Source: Chitinophagales bacterium (GTDB lineage Bacteria > Bacteroidota > Bacteroidia > Chitinophagales > BACL12). Taken from it: DNA of 64,000 nt. The notes beneath the pieces were generated by a model, which searched no databases, was not told the origin of the DNA, and saw only the letters and a list, made by a program, of their open reading frames with translations. Each line of letters opens with the position of its first letter. The stretch's first letter is position 1. Positions 1-9,437 of this stretch are shown here, in pieces. The stretch is taken from assembly GCA_041751015.1 (NCBI GenBank), contig JBGSYF010000029.1:64476-128475 (forward strand). The letters run 5' to 3'. The position numbers and the translations under genes are program-made.

Positions 1-217
1 GCTGCAGTTTCTGAGAGAAAAGATTGCAGAGAATCAGTGATGGGGAAGAGTGGCCATTCAGCCCTCAAAGCAAGCCTTCATTTGTGGGCTTTATCCATTT
101 AAGGGCCAATGCAGAGGCATTATACAAAGCCTTGTTTATCAATTAATTGCCGCAGAAAGACAGCGTAACCTTAAAGCCTCGTTTTCCGTTTAAGAGGGAG
201 TAATCTTCTCATGAGCG

Positions 218-2035
218 GTGAACGAAAAAGCATCTGATCAATCTATCCGGGACAGTACAGCTTCCCAACAACGCGAGCTCAACAGAGTTCGTTTAGATCG
301 GATCGTTGATCAGGTCGATAAGTTGCACCGCGCTGAGCCGTCAAAAGCCATGCGCTTCATGCGGCAGGGAATGCATCTGGCCGATGAATTGGGTGATAAA
401 AAATCCCGATTTGAGCTCCTGCTCCGCATGGGCAGAATGGAAGCCCGCAAAGGGCAGCTCTATCAGGCCGAACAAACGCTAAAATCCGCTTTAGGTCAAC
501 TGCCAGGCCGCAGGGCCGACAAGGACTCGCTTTGCCGGATTTACCTGGCTCTTGGTGCGGTTTACTACCTGCAACAGAAAAACCAACTGGCGCTGGAGTT
601 CTACAGCCAGGCGCTCGCATGCAATGAGGACAAGTACAAGATGAATTTGTACCTCAACATTGCCAACCTCTATTTCACCAACGCCAATTATCCCAAGAGT
701 CTTCACTACCAGCGCAAAGCCTTAAGACTGGCCAAAGACCAAAAGGACGTAGAACATCAGGTATTCTGCCTTTCCAACATTGGAGCGATCTATGTCAAAA
801 AGGAACAGATAGAACGCGCTCTACTCAGCTTTGAAGATGCGCTAAGCATGATCAACATGCACAATGGCAGCGACTACATGCGCTGCAGTTGCGAGCTCAA
901 TCTGGGGGATGTCAGAGGAAAACTGATGAATTGGCAAGAGGCCGAGCAACACTATAAAAGCGCCATTCGCATCGCGGACAACAACCAATTCCACCAGGAA
1001 TTGGCCAAAGCTTATCTATACCTCGGCGAACTCAAACTGCAGCTCAACGATGAGCGCAGCTTTCTCTACTACCTCTACCGCAGCCGCAAACTGGCCCGCC
1101 AAAAGAACTTTGAATCCCTGCTCATTGATGTTCTGCGCCTGCTTCAGCATTTTTTCGAAGAGCGTTCCGACTTTAAGCAAGCCTATGGATATCTTAAAGA
1201 AATGGCTGAGGTTCAAGCGAGTATAGAGCACAACAAACAGCAACAAGAACTCAGTCAATTGCTGGACGCCAAGGACAAGGAGATCAGCATTCTCGAGCGG
1301 CAGCGCGACCAGATTGAAGAGCAACGCCACAAACTGGAACGCTACAACCGCGAGTTGGAGCAGAGTAACCGCGATTTGGAACAGTACGCCTACGTGGTAG
1401 CCCATGACCTCAAGGAACCCCTTAGAAACATTTCGAGCTTCACCTCGCTGATTCAGCAGCGCTATACATCTGAACTGGACGATACCGCTCAGGAATACAT
1501 GAATTTCGTCATCCGCAATTCAGCGCGGATGAATGCCCTGCTGACAGAGCTCTTGCGCTATACCACCTTGAGAAGACCGGCAAAATCCAGGGAATTGGAG
1601 ACTTCGGTGGAGAATGTGGTGCAACAGGTCGTCAGAGATCTGGAGGAACGCATGAACAACAAAGGGGTGATCTTCAGCATGGGAGAACTCCCCGAACTCA
1701 AGATCAGCTATGACCATCTCTACCAGCTCTTCTTTAGTCTGGTGGACAATGCCCTGCAATTCAACGCGAGCGAGAAACCGGAAATCCATGTGCAATGCGA
1801 GCCTCAAGGCGACCACTATGAGTTCAGCATCCGCGACAATGGCATAGGCATCGCGCCCGAGTATCAGGAGAAGATCTTCAAACTCTTTCAACGCCTGGAC
1901 AAAGAGCGCTACCACGGCACGGGCATTGGTCTGACGCTTTGCCGCAAGATCGTTCAGTTGTACGATGGAGAAATCTGGTTGGAAAGCGAACCGGGGAAAG
2001 GCAGTGTTTTCTACTTCACCCTTCGCGACAACTGA
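218..2035 (+). CDS. Sensor histidine kinase with N-terminal TPR-like repeats and coiled-coil linker (no receiver domain, no adjacent response regulator)
   Basis: 605-aa ORF with GTG start. H-box 'VAHDLKEPLRNISSF', N-box 'LVDNALQF', G-boxes 'RDNGIGI' and 'GTGIGLTLCRKIV'. TPR-like A/L/Y-rich helices fill the first ~330 aa. Confidence 0.85.
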   Translation: MNEKASDQSIRDSTASQQRELNRVRLDRIVDQVDKLHRAEPSKAMRFMRQGMHLADELGDKKSRFELLLRMGRMEARKGQLYQAEQTLKSALGQLPGRRADKDSLCRIYLALGAVYYLQQKNQLALEFYSQALACNEDKYKMNLYLNIANLYFTNANYPKSLHYQRKALRLAKDQKDVEHQVFCLSNIGAIYVKKEQIERALLSFEDALSMINMHNGSDYMRCSCELNLGDVRGKLMNWQEAEQHYKSAIRIADNNQFHQELAKAYLYLGELKLQLNDERSFLYYLYRSRKLARQKNFESLLIDVLRLLQHFFEERSDFKQAYGYLKEMAEVQASIEHNKQQQELSQLLDAKDKEISILERQRDQIEEQRHKLERYNRELEQSNRDLEQYAYVVAHDLKEPLRNISSFTSLIQQRYTSELDDTAQEYMNFVIRNSARMNALLTELLRYTTLRRPAKSRELETSVENVVQQVVRDLEERMNNKGVIFSMGELPELKISYDHLYQLFFSLVDNALQFNASEKPEIHVQCEPQGDHYEFSIRDNGIGIAPEYQEKIFKLFQRLDKERYHGTGIGLTLCRKIVQLYDGEIWLESEPGKGSVFYFTLRDN

Positions 2036-2077
2036 TCGGAATCCCAGCGGCTGCACTACAAAACCAACACGTTTTAG

Positions 2078-2500
2078 TTATTGAAAATCAGTGTTTTCCA
2101 GCCACTGATTGATCTTTTCTTCTAATAGATCCAAGCTTTGTCTGTAGACCTGTCTGCGCTCGGGTTCAGCAGCGCTCAAGCCAGCCGGGTCCGGGACAAA
2201 GAGGGGCGTCAGCGCCCAGCCACTGCCCTCCGCGCCAAGTACGGTGGCTGCCTTTTGGGAACAAACCAGGACTTCGTCAAACTTCTCGTCTTTGTAAACT
2301 GACCAATGCGTTGGCAGAGCTGCCGGCAAGGTCAAACCCCGCTCGGCCAGTGCAGCAGCGGCCATGGAGCGGTCAACACCCGGCTCTGTTCCCGCACTCA
2401 GGATGGTCCAGCCAGGTCGCAGTTTGGACAACAACGCAGCAGCCATCACGCTGCGGCAGGTATTGCCCCGACAAATGATCAGGATACGGGTGGACTTCAT
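2078..2500 (-). CDS. Low-molecular-weight phosphotyrosine phosphatase / ArsC-fold protein
   Basis: 140 aa. N-terminal CX5R(S) P-loop 'CRGNTCRS' and a later 'VPDPAG' Asp loop. Confidence 0.75.
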   Translation of the reverse strand: MKSTRILIICRGNTCRSVMAAALLSKLRPGWTILSAGTEPGVDRSMAAAALAERGLTLPAALPTHWSVYKDEKFDEVLVCSQKAATVLGAEGSGWALTPLFVPDPAGLSAAEPERRQVYRQSLDLLEEKINQWLENTDFQ

Positions 2501-2565
2501 GCATCAAGCTTAGGCAAATTCGGACTATGCTGCGCTAGTGGTCGGGCTGCCATAGACCTGAACCC

Positions 2566-2573
2566 TAACTTTG
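2566..2573 (+). promoter_or_regulatory. Candidate Bacteroidota -7 promoter box (TAACTTTG) upstream of hemB
   Basis: Matches TAnnTTTG, 94 nt upstream of the hemB ATG. The motif is short and chance matches are expected in 64 kb. Confidence 0.25.
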
Positions 2574-2666
2574 TGCCCGCGCGCCGTCCACAAAGCTGGG
2601 CTGGCAAACGCTCTTCCAGACAACTTACACCGGACAGCAACCATTCTTTCAACGACAAAGCTACCG

Positions 2667-3650
2667 ATGCGCATCAGACCACGCCGCAACCGATACTCCG
2701 CCCCCATTCGCCAGATGCTGGCCGAAACCCGGATTTACCCCGAACAATTGATTCAGCCCTTCTTTCTCCTGGATGGCCGGGAATTGCAGGAACCAGTTGA
2801 ATCCATGCCCGGGCAGTTCAGGTGGTCCAGAGATCTGCTGCTGGAGGAGATCGAGCGCTGTATGGAAGTGGGCGTGAACCGCTTCGCCGTCTTTCCGGTG
2901 GTGGCCGAAGTCAACAAAGATCGAAAGGCCACATACAGCCACGCGGCGGGCAATTTTTACCTCAAGACCATTCGCTCTATAAAAGATATTTTCCCCGATG
3001 CGTTGATCATCAGCGATGTGGCCATGGATCCCTATTCCAAGGATGGCCACGACGGTCTGCTGGATGCCGAAGGACATATCCTCAACGATGAGACCCTTCC
3101 AATTCTGGCCAAGATGGCCATCGCACAAGCCCAGGCCGGCGTTGATCTGATTGGCCCTTCGGACATGATGGACGGGCGGGTGGGCTACCTCAGAGATGCC
3201 CTGGATGAAAAAGGCTACCAGAATGTGGGCATCATGTCTTACTCCGCGAAGTACGCCTCTGCTTTTTACGGCCCCTTTAGAGATGCCCTGGACTCTGCGC
3301 CCAAAAGCGGCAACAAGAAGAGTTATCAGATGGATCCGGCCAATGTCCGGGAGGCCCTTCGCGAAGCGGCCCTGGATGAAGCGGAAGGCGCCGACATCCT
3401 GATGGTCAAGCCGGCTCTGGCCTACTTGGATGTCATCCGGGCCATTCGGGAGCAAAGCTCCCTGCCTTTGGCGGCCTACAACGTCAGCGGAGAGTACGCC
3501 ATGCTCATGGCAGCCGTCAAGAACGGATGGCTCGAACTGGAGCCCTCCGTGCACGAAATGCTCCTGTCCATCCGCAGGGCGGGTGCCGACATCATCCTGA
3601 CCTATTTCGCCAAAGCCTATGCCCGCATGCTCAAAGTGCGGGGCGAATGA
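2667..3650 (+). CDS. hemB: Porphobilinogen synthase (delta-aminolevulinate dehydratase)
   Basis: ORF 2571-3650 trimmed to ATG 2667 ('MRIRPRRNRYSAPIRQM'). Family motifs 'GPSDMMDGRV', 'SYSAKYASAFYGPFRDA' and 'MVKPA' are present. The Asp-rich 'DVAMDPYSKDGHDG' metal site suggests the Zn-independent class. Confidence 0.93.
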   Translation: MRIRPRRNRYSAPIRQMLAETRIYPEQLIQPFFLLDGRELQEPVESMPGQFRWSRDLLLEEIERCMEVGVNRFAVFPVVAEVNKDRKATYSHAAGNFYLKTIRSIKDIFPDALIISDVAMDPYSKDGHDGLLDAEGHILNDETLPILAKMAIAQAQAGVDLIGPSDMMDGRVGYLRDALDEKGYQNVGIMSYSAKYASAFYGPFRDALDSAPKSGNKKSYQMDPANVREALREAALDEAEGADILMVKPALAYLDVIRAIREQSSLPLAAYNVSGEYAMLMAAVKNGWLELEPSVHEMLLSIRRAGADIILTYFAKAYARMLKVRGE

Positions 3651-3686
3651 AGTCTGGTTTACTCCGCGGGCGCGGAGCTGACTTTC

Positions 3687-5189
3687 TCAGGTTTCCAGGG
3701 AATAAGAGGTGCCGTCTTTGCCGTCCTTGAGCTGGACCCCGAGACCTGCCAACTCATCGCGAATGCGGTCAGAGCTGGCAAAATCCTTAGCGGCCCGCGC
3801 GTCGGCCCGCATGCGGATCAGCAGTTGAACCACCGCATCGAGCGTCTGTGACTTGCTGCTTTGCTCGGGCAGCAGACCAAAGATCCGGAACAACACCGCG
3901 TGGAAGCGCTCCTTGAGCAAATCGAAGACCTCCTGATCCAACGCCGAAACAGCAAGCGTTCCTGACTTGAAATCCTGAATGCGGGAGGAGAGCTCAAACA
4001 AAAGCGCCAGGGTTTTGGGCGTGTTGAAATCGTCACTGAGTTCTCGGTACAACTGATCGCAGCTTTCGCGGATGCTTTGGCTGAGTGCAGCGTCAACTTT
4101 GCCCGGTGCATAGGTCATCTGCTCCAGGGCCGCTGCCGCCTTCATCAGCCGGCGATAACTTTTTTCAGCGGCCTGCAGACCTTCATTGGAGAAATCCACC
4201 GGGCTGCGGTAATGCGATTGCAGGGTGAAGAAGCGCACCGTCATGGGTGAGTAGGCTTGGGTCAGCAAGGGGTGATCTCCACTGAACATCTGTTCAATAG
4301 TGATGAAGTTGCCCAGGGAGCGGGCCATCTTCTGACCTTCTATGGTCAGCATGTTGTGGTGCATCCAATAGCGAACACCTTCGCTTCCGCAGCAACCCAC
4401 GTTCTGAGCAATCTCCGCTTCGTGGTGGGGAAACTGAAGATCCATTCCGCCGCCGTGCAGATCAAAGGTCTCTCCCAGATACTTGGTGCTCATGGCCGAG
4501 CACTCGATATGCCAGCCGGGAAAGCCCTCTCCCCAGGGTGAATTCCATCGCATAATGTGCTGGGGATGAGCCTTTTTCCACAGGGCAAAATCGTGGGGGC
4601 TTCGCTTCTCTGACATGCCCTCCGTGCCCCTGCTGCCGGCCAGTAAATCCTCGAGCACCTTCCCGCTCAACTTTCCATATTCGTGTTGAGTTGCATATGT
4701 AGCCAGATCAAAGTACACTGATCCATCCTGTACATAAGCCAGACCATTGGCTATGATGCGCTCAATGGCGCGAATCTGCTCGGGAATGTGTCCGGAGGCG
4801 GTGGGCTCAATGCTGGGTGGCAGGGCATTGAGTGCAGCGGCGCCATTGCGGTAAGAGACGGTATACTGCTGTACGATCTCCATGGGCTCAAGGCGCTCCA
4901 GACGGGCTTTCTTAGCAATCTTGTCTTCCCCTTCCCCGCTGAGCTCATCTTCAAGATGACCGACATCGGTGATGTTGCGAACGTAGCGCACCTTGTAACC
5001 CAACTCTTGCAGGTACCTAAAGACCAGATCCCAGGTGATCAGGTTGCGCGCATGACCCAGGTGGGGCTCGCTGTACACCGTTGGACCACAGGCGTACATC
5101 CCCACGAAAGGCGGGCTTAGCGGTGTGAACAACTGCTTTTCTCGGGCAATTGTATTGTATATGTGAAGGGGAAATTTATCAGCCAGCAT
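3687..5189 (-). CDS. cysS: Cysteine--tRNA ligase
   Basis: ORF 3687-5303 trimmed to ATG 5189 ('[13 protein letters not shown]'), giving 500 aa. Class-I HIGH motif 'HLGHARN' and KMSKS-type 'KMARSLGN'. Confidence 0.93.
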   Translation of the reverse strand: MLADKFPLHIYNTIAREKQLFTPLSPPFVGMYACGPTVYSEPHLGHARNLITWDLVFRYLQELGYKVRYVRNITDVGHLEDELSGEGEDKIAKKARLERLEPMEIVQQYTVSYRNGAAALNALPPSIEPTASGHIPEQIRAIERIIANGLAYVQDGSVYFDLATYATQHEYGKLSGKVLEDLLAGSRGTEGMSEKRSPHDFALWKKAHPQHIMRWNSPWGEGFPGWHIECSAMSTKYLGETFDLHGGGMDLQFPHHEAEIAQNVGCCGSEGVRYWMHHNMLTIEGQKMARSLGNFITIEQMFSGDHPLLTQAYSPMTVRFFTLQSHYRSPVDFSNEGLQAAEKSYRRLMKAAAALEQMTYAPGKVDAALSQSIRESCDQLYRELSDDFNTPKTLALLFELSSRIQDFKSGTLAVSALDQEVFDLLKERFHAVLFRIFGLLPEQSSKSQTLDAVVQLLIRMRADARAAKDFASSDRIRDELAGLGVQLKDGKDGTSYSLET

Positions 5190-5221
5190 AAAACGCTTTG
5201 AGCAGCAAAAAAACACAAAAT

Positions 5222-5229
5222 CAAAGGTA
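5222..5229 (-). promoter_or_regulatory. Candidate -7 promoter box (TACCTTTG on minus strand) for cysS
   Basis: The reverse complement of caaaggta matches TAnnTTTG, 33 nt upstream of the cysS ATG at 5189. Confidence 0.35.
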
Positions 5230-5278
5230 AAGTGAGGATGGCCCTTTTGTTGGGCGCAAAGTGAAACACCGCGGGCGT

Positions 5279-5698
5279 TTAAGCCTGCCCGCAGCGACCG
5301 CAAACCCCTTTCGCCGTAACATCAAGGCTGCTGAGGCTGAATCCGGCAGGCAGACTGATGCGGGGAAAGGCCACTTCGTCCAGACAAAAGGTGTTGCCAC
5401 AATCCGAACACTGAAAATGCACGTGCTCATCGTGGTGGTGATGACCCGCACAGGCAGCGGAACACAGGGCGTACTGGGGATGCCCTTGAGCATCCATGAT
5501 CCGGTGAACGATGCCGTTCTCTTCAAAAGCCGACAAGATGCGATAGATGGTCACGCGGTCAACACGGCCTTCAAGCCGCAACTCCAACTCCTGGTGGGAA
5601 AGGGCGTAATCCGATTCCAGGAGGTGATCCAGGACGGCCTGCCGGGGACCAGTTCTTCGCATTCCGGCCTGATGCAAGATATGAATCGCGTTTTGCAT
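5279..5698 (-). CDS. Fur-family metalloregulator (Zur/Fur-like)
   Basis: ORF trimmed to ATG 5698 ('MQNAIHILHQAGMRRTGPRQ'), 139 aa. Winged-helix N-domain, a 'HHHHDEH' run, and two CxxC pairs ('CSDCG', 'CGRCG'). Confidence 0.85.
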   Translation of the reverse strand: MQNAIHILHQAGMRRTGPRQAVLDHLLESDYALSHQELELRLEGRVDRVTIYRILSAFEENGIVHRIMDAQGHPQYALCSAACAGHHHHDEHVHFQCSDCGNTFCLDEVAFPRISLPAGFSLSSLDVTAKGVCGRCGQA

Positions 5699-5787
5699 GG
5701 GAACTGCAGATGGTACAAATTTACCCCCAATCCGGGAACGAAATAGGGTGATTTGCCCGAACAATATATCCCCATTGATCAGCCATC

Positions 5788-7083
5788 ATGAAAAAATCTG
5801 CAAGTAGCGGGCCGGACAGGCTGAAGAGCATCTATCTGGCTGGAGTTGCCGGCAGGCGACCGCTGATCCCCACCAATGGTCGGGATCTGGAAAGAGCCGC
5901 GCAGCAGGTCATGGCTCCGGAAGCCTATGCCTATGTTGCCGGAGCTGCAGGGCGAGAAAGCACCTCGCGCGAAAATCTGAACGCCTTCGAGCGATATCGG
6001 ATTCTGCCCCGCATGCTCAAGGATGTGTCCAGCCGGGACATTTCCGTTAATCTGTTCGGGCGGCGCTGGCCTTCGCCCTACTTTATCTGCCCGGTTGGAG
6101 TTCTGGATTGGGTTCGAAGGGATGCGGATCTCCTGCTCGCCCGAGCTGCCGATGAAATGGGTTGGCCCTTGTTGATTTCAAATCAGGCCTCGGCTCCCAT
6201 GGAATCAGTGTGTGCAGCCGCAGGCGAAACGCCGCGCTGGTTTCAACTCTATTGGAGCACTTCGGACGAACTGGTGCAGAGTTTTCTGCAGCGGGCAGAG
6301 CGCTCGGGTTGTGAAGCGGTGGTCGTTACCCTGGACACTACCATGCTGGGTTGGCGATGCAGGGATCTGGATCTGGCCTGGCTGCCCTTCCTCCGTGGAA
6401 TGGGCATAGCGCAGTACAGCAGTGACCCGGTCTTTATGCGCCTGCTGCGCGAAAGGGCTCACGAAGACGACGCAGAGCCCGTCAAAAAGACCATAAACTG
6501 GAACAGCATAGGGGTATTAGCTCGCCAATTGAAGCGGCACCCGGGATCCTTTCTGACCAATCTGCGCAATGGAGAAGCCACCCGCGCGGTTCAGTTGTTC
6601 ACCCGGATCTATTCGCGGCCTTCGCTGAACTGGGATGACATCACCCGACTCAGAGACATGACCAAAATGCGGATCGTGCTAAAAGGTATCCAGCACCCTC
6701 AAGATGCCAAACGGGCCTTGGACGCCGGTGTTGACGCCATATTGGTGTCCAATCACGGGGGGCGACAGGTGGATGGTGCCATAGCCACCCTGGATGCCCT
6801 GCCCGCTGTGGTCAAAGCGGTGGCCGGGCGGGTTCCCGTCTTGCTGGACAGCGGCATTCGCAGCGGAGCCGATGCCTTAAAAGCTCTTTCTCTGGGGGCC
6901 AGCGCGGTAGGTATTGGCAGACCTTATGTCTATGCGCTTGCCCTTGGTGGAATGGCCGGTGCGCAGGAGCTGTTTCAGAATCTGGAAGCGGAGTTTGATC
7001 TGACCCTGGGTCTAAGTGGCTATACGTCAGTCGCTGAGCTTGGTCCTGAATGCCTGGCTCCTGATCTGGTCTCGGAGGCTTGA
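5788..7083 (+). CDS. FMN-dependent alpha-hydroxy-acid oxidising enzyme (lactate 2-monooxygenase / lactate oxidase-like)
   Basis: 431 aa. TIM-barrel family motifs 'VSNHGGRQVD', 'DSGIRSGAD' and 'GRPY'. Confidence 0.85.
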   Translation: MKKSASSGPDRLKSIYLAGVAGRRPLIPTNGRDLERAAQQVMAPEAYAYVAGAAGRESTSRENLNAFERYRILPRMLKDVSSRDISVNLFGRRWPSPYFICPVGVLDWVRRDADLLLARAADEMGWPLLISNQASAPMESVCAAAGETPRWFQLYWSTSDELVQSFLQRAERSGCEAVVVTLDTTMLGWRCRDLDLAWLPFLRGMGIAQYSSDPVFMRLLRERAHEDDAEPVKKTINWNSIGVLARQLKRHPGSFLTNLRNGEATRAVQLFTRIYSRPSLNWDDITRLRDMTKMRIVLKGIQHPQDAKRALDAGVDAILVSNHGGRQVDGAIATLDALPAVVKAVAGRVPVLLDSGIRSGADALKALSLGASAVGIGRPYVYALALGGMAGAQELFQNLEAEFDLTLGLSGYTSVAELGPECLAPDLVSEA

Positions 7084-7191
7084 CCTAATCTGGGAGCTTT
7101 ACCCCCGATCCTGAGAGCGGGGAAAGGACATAGCTTTACCAGATGAAAGTGACGGTTCGGGATTCAAATAAATTATAGCAATAATTATATT

Positions 7192-8205
7192 ATGAAAAAT
7201 GATTTTTATACCAATAGGTTGAATGCCTCTCGTGTTCCATTGGGATTTCGAAGTGATTTTTCAGGCTTGTTGTTTGGCGGTTTTTTATGGCTTGGTTTTA
7301 GTTCATGCCAGGGCCAGCAAAGCGGGACCGAGTCAATCTCATCAGCAGTCGAAACCAAAACTGCCTCTTTTCAGCTTAACACTGGGCTGCCCGATCAGGA
7401 GGCTTTTTCGGACTATTGGTATCAGGGACTTGCCGAGCTCAACGTCTTTGATCTGGAGCAGGTCCGCTATGGAGAGCTGCGCCGGGGTGATGCGGTCATG
7501 ATATTTGTCACCGAAGACATCAGTCGGAAAGAGCGCGTCAAGCTCGATCATCCTGAAGATGCCGGCGACAAGGGTGTTCATGTGATGAAACTCAATTTTA
7601 CCCGGGAATTTCCCACGGGAATCTATGCCTATCGAACCATGCAGAGCGTCTTTACGCCGGTTCACCGCGGCAATGAAGGGCCAACGCTCAAGGTGAGCAC
7701 AAGCAGTCAGGAATGGTGCGGTCATGTTTACATGGATCTGCAATGGGAAGGGGGCCAGTACAAGGCCGATGTGTCTTCCTACTTTGAGGGGGAAAGTGTT
7801 GAGCAGGCTGCATTGGGAGAGGCCTGGGCAGAGGATGAAGTCTGGAATCTGATCCGACTTAATCCTGAAGAACTGCCTCTGGGCAACTTCAGGGCGATAC
7901 CGTCCAATCTGGATATCCGACTGCGGCATATTGCCCTTGAATCATACGATGCCGCAGGATCCGTTGAAGCAGGTGAGCCTGGAATGAAGATCTATACTCT
8001 TCGCTATCCGGGCATGGGTCGGGAACTGCGCATTTACTTTGAAGAGAACTTCCCCTTCCGGATCACGGAATGGTCGGAGAAGATGGCAAATGCCGATGAG
8101 AGTCTGGTTACCCGTGCGGTCTTGCGCAAGCAATTGATGAGCGATTATTGGCGTCTTAACCGGGAGTCCGATGCTCCCAAACGCCTTGAACTCGGGTTGG
8201 ACTGA
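7192..8205 (+). CDS. Hypothetical lipoprotein (conserved Bacteroidota-type, function unknown)
   Basis: 337-aa ORF with a lipobox-like 'LGFSSC'. It sits alone in a clean coding frame after an AT-rich promoter-like region. I recognise no catalytic motif. Confidence 0.65.
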   Translation: MKNDFYTNRLNASRVPLGFRSDFSGLLFGGFLWLGFSSCQGQQSGTESISSAVETKTASFQLNTGLPDQEAFSDYWYQGLAELNVFDLEQVRYGELRRGDAVMIFVTEDISRKERVKLDHPEDAGDKGVHVMKLNFTREFPTGIYAYRTMQSVFTPVHRGNEGPTLKVSTSSQEWCGHVYMDLQWEGGQYKADVSSYFEGESVEQAALGEAWAEDEVWNLIRLNPEELPLGNFRAIPSNLDIRLRHIALESYDAAGSVEAGEPGMKIYTLRYPGMGRELRIYFEENFPFRITEWSEKMANADESLVTRAVLRKQLMSDYWRLNRESDAPKRLELGLD

Positions 8206-8271
8206 GCAGAGCGCGGGCGCGCATCCCGCCCAGGGCATCCATTCTTTTTAGACATTCCGTATTTTGTGGCC

Positions 8272-8799
8272 ATGCAAATCGCGCGCATTGGGATTGTTGT
8301 GGTATCGGATCGCGCCTATCAGGGTGTTTACGAAGACCTGGGAGGTGCTGCCATTTCCGATACCCTCAAGGACTACCTGAGCAGCGATTGGGAGGCCGTT
8401 TATCGACTCATTCCGGATGAATTAGAGCGGATTACCGCTACCTTTTGCGATCTGGCGGATAAGGAAGCCTGCGATCTGATTCTGAGCACCGGGGGAACTG
8501 GTCCAGCGCCTAGGGATCTGACGCCGGAGGCCACGGAGAGCATCTGCCACAAACTCATGCCCGGCTTTGGGGAACAGATGCGGCAGGTAAGTCTGCAGTA
8601 TGTTCCCACCGCCATTCTCTCCAGACAAACGGCGGGCATACGCGGAAAGACCCTCATCATCAACCTGCCCGGAAAACCCCGAGCGATTCGGCAGTGTCTG
8701 GATGCTGTGTTTCCAGCCGTTCCCTATTGCCTTGACCTGATTGGCGCTGCGCGGCTGGAGACCAGAGAAGAGGTGATCAAATCCTTCAGACCATCATGA
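8272..8799 (+). CDS. mog: Molybdopterin adenylyltransferase MogA
   Basis: Collinear with the MogA family ('RIGIVVVSDRAYQGVYEDLGG', 'TGGTGPAPRDLTPEAT', 'MPGFGEQMRQVSL', 'NLPGKPRAI'). ATG 8272 is preferred over GTG 8266. Confidence 0.9.
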   Translation: MQIARIGIVVVSDRAYQGVYEDLGGAAISDTLKDYLSSDWEAVYRLIPDELERITATFCDLADKEACDLILSTGGTGPAPRDLTPEATESICHKLMPGFGEQMRQVSLQYVPTAILSRQTAGIRGKTLIINLPGKPRAIRQCLDAVFPAVPYCLDLIGAARLETREEVIKSFRPS

Positions 8800-8853
8800 T
8801 ATTTGCAATTTCTACATGTCAATTGGCACTCGTCAATTTGAACCCTGACCCCC

Positions 8854-9435
8854 ATGGCTGACTGGCTGAATACCTGGCAAGATATCGCTCATGTGCTCGG
8901 CGCTGAACTGGACTACCGCAACAAGCGGGAGCTTGACTTGCGTCTGGAAGAGGTCAGCATGAGGGTAAGACATCGGCAATGGGTCATTGTTTTTGAAGGC
9001 ATCAGCAAGGCCCAGGGAAGACAGAAGACAGAGATTGCCACTCAGGTGCAATGCTTTCTGCAAGACACTAAAAACTTTCATTTTAATATATACGAACAAA
9101 AATTAAAAGATAGACTTTTTAAGATCATCGGCTTGCAGGACGTCCCCATCAGCGACCCTGAATTGGATAAACGATATATTATACAAACAAATTTAGAAGA
9201 TAGAATTCGCGAATTGCTGCAGGTACCCGTAGTCAGGCTGGGCTTTGCTTCACCCTACGTGCAGCAATTGCGCTTGTTGGAAGAGGAGAGCAATGGTTCG
9301 CCTAACACAAGTTTAAAAAGGATGAATCTCTGTTCTAAAATTGACAAAAAAAATATACAAAAATCTGGAATATTTGCTCATTTTCAACTCTTTGTTTCCG
9401 CTCTGGACGGACTGGAGGAAATCAACGTGATTTAG
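8854..9435 (+). CDS. Hypothetical protein
   Basis: 193-aa ORF whose stop lies 2 nt before the next gene. It contains several AT-rich rare-codon patches. No recognisable domain. Confidence 0.55.
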   Translation: MADWLNTWQDIAHVLGAELDYRNKRELDLRLEEVSMRVRHRQWVIVFEGISKAQGRQKTEIATQVQCFLQDTKNFHFNIYEQKLKDRLFKIIGLQDVPISDPELDKRYIIQTNLEDRIRELLQVPVVRLGFASPYVQQLRLLEEESNGSPNTSLKRMNLCSKIDKKNIQKSGIFAHFQLFVSALDGLEEINVI

Positions 9436-9437
9436 CC

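Noticed and set aside
2-40. Possible 3' end of an upstream gene (frame reading LQFLREKIAENQ-stop)
   Set aside because: Only 12 codons are visible at the window edge, which is too short to support a call.
3662-3677. Hairpin CTCCGCG-GG-CGCGGAG between convergent hemB and cysS as a bidirectional terminator
   Set aside because: The loop is too small for the full stem and there is no U-tract on either side. It is plausible but not supportable as a terminator call.
5190-5303. Apparent overlap of the long cysS ORF (to 5303) with the Fur-family ORF (from 5279)
   Set aside because: Internal starts resolve it. CysRS homology begins at ATG 5189 and the Fur-like protein at ATG 5698, which leaves an 89-nt gap containing a TACCTTTG -7 box.
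8206-8271. Molybdenum-cofactor riboswitch upstream of mog
   Set aside because: The intergenic region is only ~65 nt, far shorter than a Moco riboswitch, and shows no conserved-looking structure.
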